NCBI GenBank assembly: GCA_015222055.1
Contig: JADFUR010000008.1
Span: 26,056 to 90,055, forward strand
DNA: 64,000 bases
Source of the DNA: Bacteroidota bacterium
GTDB lineage: Bacteria > Bacteroidota > Bacteroidia > Bacteroidales > B39-G9
Reading direction: 5' to 3'
Position 1 is the first letter of the stretch. Every line of letters begins with the position of its first letter. Under the pieces are notes generated by a model. That model was not told the DNA's origin and did not search any database. It saw only the letters and a program-made list of their open reading frames with translations. This document shows positions 48,579 to 56,616 of the stretch, one piece after another. The position numbers and the translations under genes were made by a program.

Positions 48579-49145
48579 TTATATTTTTTTTTCACTATAG
48601 GATAAATTAGTGTATGAGGTTGTATCAGCAAACCATAACATATTATTGTATTGTATTTTACTTTTTATATTTTGAATGTTATCTAATAATTGTTGCTTCT
48701 TGTGAATTTTTCTTAAACTTTCAGCATTATAATTTTTATTATCTTTATCTGAATAACTTATTTCATTAAGCAACAGTTTAGCATTTATTAATTCAATTCT
48801 TAATGACTTTGGATTTAAACCGCTTAAATAATATGTTTCTTCCCCTTTATTTGAAAATGAAAAATTCTTATTTTGACTTATTAATGGATAAGTTTCAAAA
48901 ATTAAATATTCATTCCCTGAATTATCAACAAGAACCACTCTAATTAAACTATTATTATCATTTAGTTGTGCCTTACCACTAATGCAGACACCTGTTATTT
49001 TAGAAATTTTTCCAAAAATAAATAATTCTTTATCAGTTGTAAAATTTTGATGAACAACTATTGATTTGTTAATTTGTGCATTCAATAAAATACAAATACA
49101 GTTTAATAATAAAATTAACAAAGATCTAAAAATATAATTTTTCAT
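48579..49145 (-). CDS. Signal peptide plus N-terminal/pro-region fragment of the same C1 peptidase gene (ends at an in-frame TAA)
   Basis: MKNYIFRSLLILLLNCICILLNAQ.. The stop TAA at 48579-48581 is in frame with the downstream peptidase ORF. Confidence 0.7.
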   Translation of the reverse strand: MKNYIFRSLLILLLNCICILLNAQINKSIVVHQNFTTDKELFIFGKISKITGVCISGKAQLNDNNSLIRVVLVDNSGNEYLIFETYPLISQNKNFSFSNKGEETYYLSGLNPKSLRIELINAKLLLNEISYSDKDNKNYNAESLRKIHKKQQLLDNIQNIKSKIQYNNMLWFADTTSYTNLSYSEKKI

Positions 49146-49156
49146 AATTCAAATAT

Positions 49157-50056
49157 TTATTTAATCATTATTTTACCAGAATATAATGTTTTGTCAACAT
49201 CATATATATTATAAAAATAAAGACCTGTTTGTAATTTTAAATCATTAATATAAAGTCTATTATAACCTTTATGAATAACAATTGATTTAATTATTGTTCC
49301 AAAAACGTTATAAAAATTCAGATAATAATATTTACCATAATGTAAATCTATCTCAATAATTAAAAAATCTTCAACAGGATTAGGGAAAACCTTTATTTTA
49401 GTATTAATTATTTCTTCTGTGATATCAGTAAATAAATAACAGGTATTAAATTCATTATTTTGATAAAGCAGATTATTATTTTCTGTGAAACAGAGTAAAT
49501 GGTAACTTCCTCCACAAGGAATACCTAATCCACTATTTAGTACACCAAATAAGCTACCAATACCTTCTATCCAAACCTCTGAACCATTAGAAGAACTCAA
49601 ATAGATTTGTTTCCTTTGATGTTCTCCAATTTCTATATAATTAATTGAATCTACTACTAATTGAGCATCAAACTGTGGTAATTTTATAGTATCATTAATA
49701 GTAATATTAAAATCATATATCAATATCTCATTAGAATTTTTGTCTGACAAATAATATACTTTTTTTAATGAATCTTCACGAATAAAACCATTTTCTTTCC
49801 AATCAATCATCAATGAATCATTGGTTTTAAAAACTTTTTTATAAAATTTGTCTCTAATTAAAGTATCAATTGAAAATTTAACAAACTCTGTTTTCTGTAC
49901 AAAATACGGAGAAGAAGTATCATCTGTTTGATATAATGTACTCCATATTCTATTAGTATCAACCAAAGGATAATAAGTTTGGTTTATAGTAAGTTCCTGT
50001 GCGTTAATTAATCCACCAAATATTATTAAAAAAAATATAATTGATAATCTTTTCAT
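49157..50056 (-). CDS. T9SS cargo protein, paralog 1 of a tandem family
   Basis: A signal peptide, a ~200-aa domain with the conserved G.GS..G.L...C..L.CF..N..LLYQ....CY pattern, and the CTD VFPNPVEDFL..GLYFYNIYDVDKTLYSGKIMIK. Confidence 0.85.
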   Translation of the reverse strand: MKRLSIIFFLIIFGGLINAQELTINQTYYPLVDTNRIWSTLYQTDDTSSPYFVQKTEFVKFSIDTLIRDKFYKKVFKTNDSLMIDWKENGFIREDSLKKVYYLSDKNSNEILIYDFNITINDTIKLPQFDAQLVVDSINYIEIGEHQRKQIYLSSSNGSEVWIEGIGSLFGVLNSGLGIPCGGSYHLLCFTENNNLLYQNNEFNTCYLFTDITEEIINTKIKVFPNPVEDFLIIEIDLHYGKYYYLNFYNVFGTIIKSIVIHKGYNRLYINDLKLQTGLYFYNIYDVDKTLYSGKIMIK

Positions 50057-50060
50057 ATTT

Positions 50061-50942
50061 TTATTTTTTTATTATTAATACACCGTTCTTAATTACTTCT
50101 TTTTCAGATTTTATAGAATAATAGTATATTCCATCGCTATAGCCTGATAATGAGAAAGTTGTTTTGATTGAAAAAAGTTGTTTTGATTTTAATAATTTGC
50201 CATAAATGCTATATAGAGAAAATTTTGCATTTGTGTTTTTATCAAAAAAAATAGTAAGTTCATTAGAAACCGGATTGGGATAAATTTTTATAATTCTTTT
50301 TACTTGCTCTTTAATGTCTGTTTTATAATATTCGTAGCAACTATTTCCGCTCTGATATAACAAACTATCATTTTGATGGAAACATGATACCCTGTCGCTA
50401 CTACCTGTGAACCCAGAATAATAAAATAATCCTAAAATTCCACCATTTGTCCCATATCCTTTAATCCATCGCAGGAATCCAATATATACAATTTTTCTTT
50501 GTTTCCCTGCAAAATATATAGTTGATACACTATCTACTATTTCCCATTCACCAGAATGTGTAAAATCATAGATATGTGGAATCCAAATTGTATCCCCAAC
50601 TTCAACATTATAATTATACAACAACTTTTCCTGATTGTAATCGTGAACATAAACTCTGCCGGCAGAATCATCTCTAAATAGGAAACGGTATCTGCCCCAA
50701 TTTTCAAATAATGGATCTACACATGCTTCAAGAAATGAATAATGCAAACTATTAATTATAGTATCGCCCCTAAATCTATAACCCATTGTTGAAGCAGAAA
50801 GTATTTCAGGATAGTTTTCGTCAGAATAGCATTCTGTAACAACAGACCATTGTTTTGTTGTATCAACAATTGTTTCATACTCTTGGCAATTTCCTATATT
50901 CGATAGAAAAATCAATACTAAAAGGATAAGTGTTTTTTTCAT
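50061..50942 (-). CDS. T9SS cargo protein, paralog 2
   Basis: MKKTLILLVLIFLSNIGNCQEYETIVDTTK.. The CTD is IYPNPVSNEL..GIYYYSIKSEKEVIKNGVLIIKK. Confidence 0.85.
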   Translation of the reverse strand: MKKTLILLVLIFLSNIGNCQEYETIVDTTKQWSVVTECYSDENYPEILSASTMGYRFRGDTIINSLHYSFLEACVDPLFENWGRYRFLFRDDSAGRVYVHDYNQEKLLYNYNVEVGDTIWIPHIYDFTHSGEWEIVDSVSTIYFAGKQRKIVYIGFLRWIKGYGTNGGILGLFYYSGFTGSSDRVSCFHQNDSLLYQSGNSCYEYYKTDIKEQVKRIIKIYPNPVSNELTIFFDKNTNAKFSLYSIYGKLLKSKQLFSIKTTFSLSGYSDGIYYYSIKSEKEVIKNGVLIIKK

Positions 50943-50947
50943 TTTTT
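50857..50947. repeat. 91-bp near-identical repeat covering the 5' end of paralog 2 (partner at 51727..51817)
   Basis: 90/91 identical to 51727..51817, at an offset of 870 bp. The single difference is T50873 versus C51743. Confidence 0.9.
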
Positions 50948-50948
50948 A

Positions 50949-51812
50949 TTAATTTATAATTATTTTACCGGAGCTTAAAATTTTCCTTTTGTTTTTAATT
51001 AAATATAAATACACTCCTGAGTTTAAATCTGTCAATGATATTTGTGTTGATGTTGAATTTATTTTAGAGTGCGAAATTTTTCCCCCAATAAGGTTATAAA
51101 TAGTTATACTAATATCATTATATGTTTCAGGTATTTTTATAATTAGTTTGTTTGTTGCCGAATTTTGGTAAACCTTTAAGCCTGAAATCTTATTATCATT
51201 AATACCTAAAGTATTTATATAACAAGAAGATTCAAAATTAGGATTATGATACAATAATTCGCCATTTTTATAATAACAAATTAATTCACGGCAAACTCCT
51301 GTCGAGCAATAAAAAAATGGACTTATTAAGCCAATATTACTTCCCACACCCTCATAATGTTTTGCTTCCATGTTATACCCCAAATATTGAGATAATCTAT
51401 TTTCCCCGGCAAAATAGACAGTATCAATATCAATAATATAATATAAACAATCATGTTGCGAAACAACGGAATCCTTAATTGTTAAATTAAAATTATATAT
51501 TGTATCAATAATTTTTACAAAATCTTTATGTTGAAAACTAACAATTTTGTTTTCTTCTCTGATATATCCTTCAAATTGCCAATCAGTATAAAGACTATCT
51601 CCGGCTTTCCAGACCTTATACCAATTAAGACTGTCTAATTGAATACTATTGGCTATTTTAAAAGCATAACTTCTTCCCATCCATGGAGCAAGATCTGCGG
51701 GAGATTCAAATACAACCCACATTTTAGTTGTATCAACAATTGCTTCATACTCTTGGCAATTTCCTATATTCGATAGAAAAATCAATACTAAAAGGATAAG
51801 TGTTTTTTTCAT
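50949..51812 (-). CDS. T9SS cargo protein, paralog 3
   Basis: MKKTLILLVLIFLSNIGNCQEYEAIVDTTK.. The CTD is VYQNSATNKL..GVYLYLIKNKRKILSSGKIIIN. Confidence 0.85.
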   Translation of the reverse strand: MKKTLILLVLIFLSNIGNCQEYEAIVDTTKMWVVFESPADLAPWMGRSYAFKIANSIQLDSLNWYKVWKAGDSLYTDWQFEGYIREENKIVSFQHKDFVKIIDTIYNFNLTIKDSVVSQHDCLYYIIDIDTVYFAGENRLSQYLGYNMEAKHYEGVGSNIGLISPFFYCSTGVCRELICYYKNGELLYHNPNFESSCYINTLGINDNKISGLKVYQNSATNKLIIKIPETYNDISITIYNLIGGKISHSKINSTSTQISLTDLNSGVYLYLIKNKRKILSSGKIIIN

Positions 51813-51817
51813 TTTTT
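51727..51817. repeat. 91-bp near-identical repeat covering the 5' end of paralog 3 (partner at 50857..50947)
   Basis: See the partner repeat. It covers the 5 nt upstream of the ATG plus the first 28 codons. Confidence 0.9.
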
Positions 51818-51857
51818 TTGTTATTAACTTAATTAAATTTTGTTAATGAATAACTTT

Positions 51858-51935
51858 CTACTTAGTAAGTATCATCTTTTTAGTATCAATTTCTTTTCCG
51901 TTTGCTGTTAATGTATAAAAATATTTATGGTAAAT
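51858..51935 (-). pseudogene. Relic of the last ~25 codons of a T9SS C-terminal sorting domain
   Basis: The minus-strand translation is IYHKYFYTLTANGKEIDTKKMILTK*, bounded upstream by a TAA. It matches the terminal strands of type-A CTDs (G.YFY.L...G....KK.IL.K). No intact ORF is attached. Confidence 0.5.
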
Positions 51936-52277
51936 TTATGATAATTTTTAATGTTATTGAAATGTTCTTAAAAACTATTTTAAAGTGTTAAAAAAACAGC
52001 AACAAAACTATTAGCAAAGTGAGTGGTTCAAAGAGGTTTTGTTTAAAAATAATTCAGATCTACAATAAAGTTTATATTTAAAATGATATGGAAATATTTA
52101 ACTTATGGCTTTTTACCCTTTCGGCTGTCGCCACTTTCCCTTAAAAAGGGAAAGATGCTTTAATAAACAGAGTAATGAAATTTAAAATATTAAGGAATAA
52201 GTGATTGAAGAACAGAGGGTTAAATAAATAAAAACTGAAAAATATTTATAAATAATAATTATATAAATAGACTGTTA

Positions 52278-53390
52278 TTAATTACACAAGGCATAATATT
52301 TCCCAGGCAAACTTTTCACAATACCTGAGAATTCCAGATTTAACAACATTGCTGAGACTTTACTCATTGGGAATTGAGTTTTAATGCAAATAACATCAAT
52401 GCTTTGTTTGTCATTTTCTTTTAAAAAATCAACAATATTCTTTTCATCATCGGTTAAATTAACAAACAATTTTTTTTGAATTACGTTTGGTTTTGCCTCA
52501 CCTACTTCCCAACCCAGAATATATTCGAGGTCTTTAAAATTTTCGATTAAGGCAGCACGGTTTGATTTTATAAATTTATTGCATCCAACAGAATATTTAT
52601 CGTTAACACGACCGGGGAATGCAAAAACATCTCTATTATATGAATTAGCGATATCGGCAGTTATCAGAGAGCCCCCTTTTGCGGCAGATTCAATAACAAT
52701 TGTTGCATCTGACAAACCTGCAATTATTCTATTTCGTTTCACAAAATTTGCTCTGTCAGGATTTGTGTCAGATAAAAATTCTGTAAGCAAAGCACCTTGA
52801 CTAATTATATCTTTAGCAATTTTCTTATGTGACGAAGGATATATTCTATCTAAACCATGACCGAGAACAGCAATGGTTTTAAGATTATTTTTTAATGCTG
52901 CTTTATGTGAGACGATATCTATACCATAAGCCAAGCCACTTACTATTATTGCATTATGGCCATTGTCGTTTAAATCTTTAATTAATTCGTTACAAATATC
53001 ACGACCACGCTCGGTTGCGTTTCGTGTTCCAACAATGCTTATTACTTTTGATTGATTAAAATTGACATCTCCTTTTGAAAACAACAATAATGGAGCATCG
53101 TAACAATTTATTAATCGTTGCGGATAATCGTTATCTAAATAAAAAAACGGTTTTATATTATATTGATTGATAAATTTTATTTCTTGTTCAACTCTGTCAA
53201 AAATATTATGATTGGCAATATTATCAGCCAAATGCGAACCAATATCGGGAATTTTAATAAGATTGGATTTTTTTTCTTTAAAAACCCCCTCAACACTTCC
53301 CACATAAGCTATTAACTTTTTGGCTGTAACAAAACCAATACCGGGAATTAAAGCAATACCAATTTTATACTTTAACTGTTCGTCATTCAT
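52278..53390 (-). CDS. dprA: DNA-processing protein DprA
   Basis: ..IALIPGIGFVTAKKLI.. (N-terminal helical SAM-like region) and a Rossmann core with VSGLAYGIDIVSHKAAL. Length is 370 aa. Confidence 0.9.
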   Translation of the reverse strand: MNDEQLKYKIGIALIPGIGFVTAKKLIAYVGSVEGVFKEKKSNLIKIPDIGSHLADNIANHNIFDRVEQEIKFINQYNIKPFFYLDNDYPQRLINCYDAPLLLFSKGDVNFNQSKVISIVGTRNATERGRDICNELIKDLNDNGHNAIIVSGLAYGIDIVSHKAALKNNLKTIAVLGHGLDRIYPSSHKKIAKDIISQGALLTEFLSDTNPDRANFVKRNRIIAGLSDATIVIESAAKGGSLITADIANSYNRDVFAFPGRVNDKYSVGCNKFIKSNRAALIENFKDLEYILGWEVGEAKPNVIQKKLFVNLTDDEKNIVDFLKENDKQSIDVICIKTQFPMSKVSAMLLNLEFSGIVKSLPGKYYALCN

Positions 53391-53540
53391 TTCAAAAAAA
53401 AAAGTAGTTCTATTAATACATATTCTTAGTAGACAAAAAATAATTGCCTAAAATTGAATTTTTATAAATATATTTTATTCTCAAAATCAACAAAAAAAAT
53501 TAATTTAAGAACCTATACTTTTCAAAAACTTCTCTTAATT

Positions 53541-53657
53541 CCGCAGGGGAATAAAATTTATTTTCTAATTAGCAGACTGCTCCCTGCGGTTATATTGTTT
53601 ATTATCATCACCCACGATTAAAATCGTGGGCTATTCATATTTTTTCCTTTCAGGAAA
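53541..53657. other. Cluster of three hairpins with GC-rich stems in an AT-rich spacer (candidate small structured RNA or REP-like element)
   Basis: Stem 1 is CCGCAGGG (53541-48) pairing with CCCTGCGG (53582-89). Stem 2 is CCCACGAT (53611-18) pairing with ATCGTGGG (53623-30), with a 4-nt loop. Stem 3 is TTCC (53644-47) pairing with GGAA (53653-56). None has a canonical U-tract for either flanking gene. Confidence 0.3.
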
Positions 53658-53723
53658 TTGTTAATTAAAAAGCTATATAATTATCTTATTTTTAATTAGT
53701 TAACAATCAATTTTTAATTAACC

Positions 53724-54185
53724 CTACTTGTTAATTAAGGCAGAGTTTAACATTTTAGACATTTCATCTATTTCTTTACCATTTAACAAACTAATACTTA
53801 TTGGTGGATATTTGGCAACTCCTCCTTTTAATTTTTGATATAAGATTAACTCTTTTTTGTATCCAAAAAATGTAGTTTTAATTTTAAACTTAACAAATAA
53901 AGCATGTTGAATTTTTATTGTTTTATTTGAGCCAATAATTAAACTAAGAGATGAAAATTTAAAAACCAACTTATCTTCTTCTACATCAAATGAAAAATAG
54001 AAAAAGTGCAAATGTGTAATAATTACAAAAACACAAACAAAAACAGCTGTTAAAATTGCTATAAAAGAATACCCTTCAACAAAATCGACTAATAAAGAAC
54101 CAACAAGCAACAGCAGATAAATAAAAAGCATTAACCTAAAACAGAACTTCGTTTTTGATGCTTTTTGTTTATTTTCGAATAACAT
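53724..54185 (-). CDS. Hypothetical membrane protein (2 N-terminal TM helices plus a small beta-rich, PH-like C-terminal domain)
   Basis: A 153-aa ORF with two hydrophobic helices (LMLFIYLLLLVGSLLV, FIAILTAVFVCVFVIIT). I recognised no family with confidence. Confidence 0.55.
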   Translation of the reverse strand: MLFENKQKASKTKFCFRLMLFIYLLLLVGSLLVDFVEGYSFIAILTAVFVCVFVIITHLHFFYFSFDVEEDKLVFKFSSLSLIIGSNKTIKIQHALFVKFKIKTTFFGYKKELILYQKLKGGVAKYPPISISLLNGKEIDEMSKMLNSALINK

Positions 54186-54270
54186 AATTTTTAATATTTA
54201 ATATTTAAGTCTGATTTTTTATTAATTTTATATTTTTATTTTTTCAAATATACATATAAAAATGTAATTA

Positions 54271-55323
54271 ATGTTCAATTCAAATAACATTATAACAGAC
54301 AAACTAAACTTGAATTTACAAAAGGTTTTAAAAAATTATTGTATTAATAAAGCTTTTATTCTTGTTGATGACAATAGTTTAAAACATTGTTTTCCTATAA
54401 TTAATAAAACTACCAATTTAAATAATGGCAACATAATAAAAATAAAAACCGGTGAAAAAAACAAAAATATTGACACCATTGTTTCTATATGGAATTTTTT
54501 AAGTAAAAACAATGCTGACCGGTATTCAGTGTTAATAAATTTAGGAGGAGGTGTCGTTTGTGACATTGGTGGTTTTGCAGCTTCTACATTTAAACGCGGA
54601 ATTGACTTCATTAATATACCCACTACTCTGCTTTCCCAAATTGATGCTGCTGTGGGCGGGAAAACAGGATTTAATTTTAATGGCTTAAAAAATGAAATTG
54701 GTCTGATAAATAATGCAAAACATGTTTTTATCGACACAATATTTTTAAACTCTTTAGATAAGGTTAACATTTTGTCAGGTTTTTCAGAGATGATAAAACA
54801 TGCTCTTATCTATAACAAAAAGTATTATGCTGAGCTACTTAATTTAGATTTAGAAAAGACTTACAGCAAAAAATTTAAAGAATCTGTTATTAAATCAATA
54901 AAAATCAAAAATCACTTTGTTAAAAAAGACCCTTATGAACAAAATATTAGAAAATCGCTAAATTTTGGACATACTTTTGCTCACGCATTCGAAAGTTTAG
55001 CTTTAGCAAAAAACCAGCAAATAACACACGGTTATGCAGTAGCTTTTGGTATTATTCCCGAATTATATTTGTCATATAAAAACTTAGGTTTTAATCACGA
55101 CAGCTTAATGGAAATTTCTAATCATATTATTAGTATTTACGGCAAATTCAATATTAATTCAAATGACTATACTGAAATAATTAACTACATTAAACACGAC
55201 AAAAAAAACAAAGGCAACAAACTAATGTTAACACTTTTAAAAAACATTGGTAATGCAAGCATAAATAACTCGTGTGAAGATAAAGAATTAATTGAAGCTT
55301 TGAATTTTTATTCATCGCTGTAA
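54271..55323 (+). CDS. aroB: 3-dehydroquinate synthase
   Basis: LGGGVVCDIGGFAAS, ..AAVGGKTGFN.. and NFGHTFAHAFE. Confidence 0.9.
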   Translation: MFNSNNIITDKLNLNLQKVLKNYCINKAFILVDDNSLKHCFPIINKTTNLNNGNIIKIKTGEKNKNIDTIVSIWNFLSKNNADRYSVLINLGGGVVCDIGGFAASTFKRGIDFINIPTTLLSQIDAAVGGKTGFNFNGLKNEIGLINNAKHVFIDTIFLNSLDKVNILSGFSEMIKHALIYNKKYYAELLNLDLEKTYSKKFKESVIKSIKIKNHFVKKDPYEQNIRKSLNFGHTFAHAFESLALAKNQQITHGYAVAFGIIPELYLSYKNLGFNHDSLMEISNHIISIYGKFNINSNDYTEIINYIKHDKKNKGNKLMLTLLKNIGNASINNSCEDKELIEALNFYSSL

Positions 55324-55364
55324 AGCACAAAATATTGAGAACCAATCTTTAAACAAGAACAATA

Positions 55365-56591
55365 ATGCATTACAAAATCTCAAAAGACAATAGAAATCTC
55401 GTTGGTGAAATTAACTTACCTGCATCAAAAAGCATAAGCAATAGACTGCTAATTATTCAGGCATTAAACTATTCTCTAGCACCAATTACAAACCTCTCGC
55501 AAAGCGACGATACAAAAATTATTTATTCTGTTCTAAACTCTAACACAAATAATTTTGACGTAGCTAACTCAGGAACTGCAATGAGATTCTTAACTGCATT
55601 TTTATCAAAAATTGTTGGCGAATGGACAATAACAGGCAGCGACAGAATGAAGGAACGACCTATTGGCGAATTAGTAAAAGCTTTACGCGAATTAGGAGCC
55701 AATATTGAATATCTTGAAAACGAAGGATTTCCGCCTTTAAAAATTTTAGGTTCAAATCTCACCGGTAAGACAATTGAATTAGATGCAAACATAAGCAGTC
55801 AGTTTATTTCCGCATTACTTCTTATTGCGCCAACTTTAAAAAATGGACTAACAATTAAACTTAATGGCAAAATTGTTTCAAAACCATATATTAACTTAAC
55901 TCTAAATATTTTAAAACAATTTGGCATTAAATCAACATTTATCAACAATACTATTACTATTAATAATCAGCCTTTTTCAGCAAAAGATTTTTCTGTTGAA
56001 GCAGATTGGAGTGCAGCTTCATATTGGTATGAGATGGCAGCTTTCGCAGATAAAGTTGATTTAAAACTTTACGGCTTAAACAAAAACAGTCTTCAAGGCG
56101 ACTCTGCTGTTGCAAAAATATTTAAAAATTTTGGAGTAAAAACAACTTTCATCAACAATGGTATTCATCTAACAAAAGAAGAATGTAATATTAAAAAATT
56201 CAATATTGACTTAATTGATTATCCCGACCTTGCACAAACAATAGTTGTAACATGTTCGTTTTTAAAAATTCCTTTTAAGATTAGCGGTTTAGAAACTTTA
56301 AAAATTAAAGAGACAAACAGAATTAATGCTTTAATAAGCGAGCTCTCAAAATTTAATATTAAGTTAACAGAAACATCCGACGGCGTTTTAGAATGCAACG
56401 ATTTTCAGCACAACAATATTGACAAATATTTTATCGACACTCACAGTGACCACCGAATGGCTTTGAGTTTTGCCCCAATATCCATTTTAAACAAAAAAAT
56501 TATTTTTGATAATATTGATGTAATAAACAAATCATATCCTGCTTTTTACGAGGATTTAAAAAGAGTTGGGTTTAAGATTAGTGAAGAATGA
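55365..56591 (+). CDS. aroA: 3-phosphoshikimate 1-carboxyvinyltransferase (EPSP synthase)
   Basis: LPASKSISNRLLII, NSGTAMRFL and SDHRMALSFAP. Confidence 0.9.
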   Translation: MHYKISKDNRNLVGEINLPASKSISNRLLIIQALNYSLAPITNLSQSDDTKIIYSVLNSNTNNFDVANSGTAMRFLTAFLSKIVGEWTITGSDRMKERPIGELVKALRELGANIEYLENEGFPPLKILGSNLTGKTIELDANISSQFISALLLIAPTLKNGLTIKLNGKIVSKPYINLTLNILKQFGIKSTFINNTITINNQPFSAKDFSVEADWSAASYWYEMAAFADKVDLKLYGLNKNSLQGDSAVAKIFKNFGVKTTFINNGIHLTKEECNIKKFNIDLIDYPDLAQTIVVTCSFLKIPFKISGLETLKIKETNRINALISELSKFNIKLTETSDGVLECNDFQHNNIDKYFIDTHSDHRMALSFAPISILNKKIIFDNIDVINKSYPAFYEDLKRVGFKISEE

Positions 56592-56616
56592 CTCTTACGA
56601 GCTTTTCTAATAATCT

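Noticed and set aside
48579-48581. The possibility that the in-frame TAA reflects a reassigned stop codon (alternative genetic code).
   Set aside because: TAA terminates other well-defined genes here at the expected length (for example the FN3 cargo gene at 2467-2469, murE at 29870-29872 and mraZ at 34761-34763). No other gene shows internal TAA codons.
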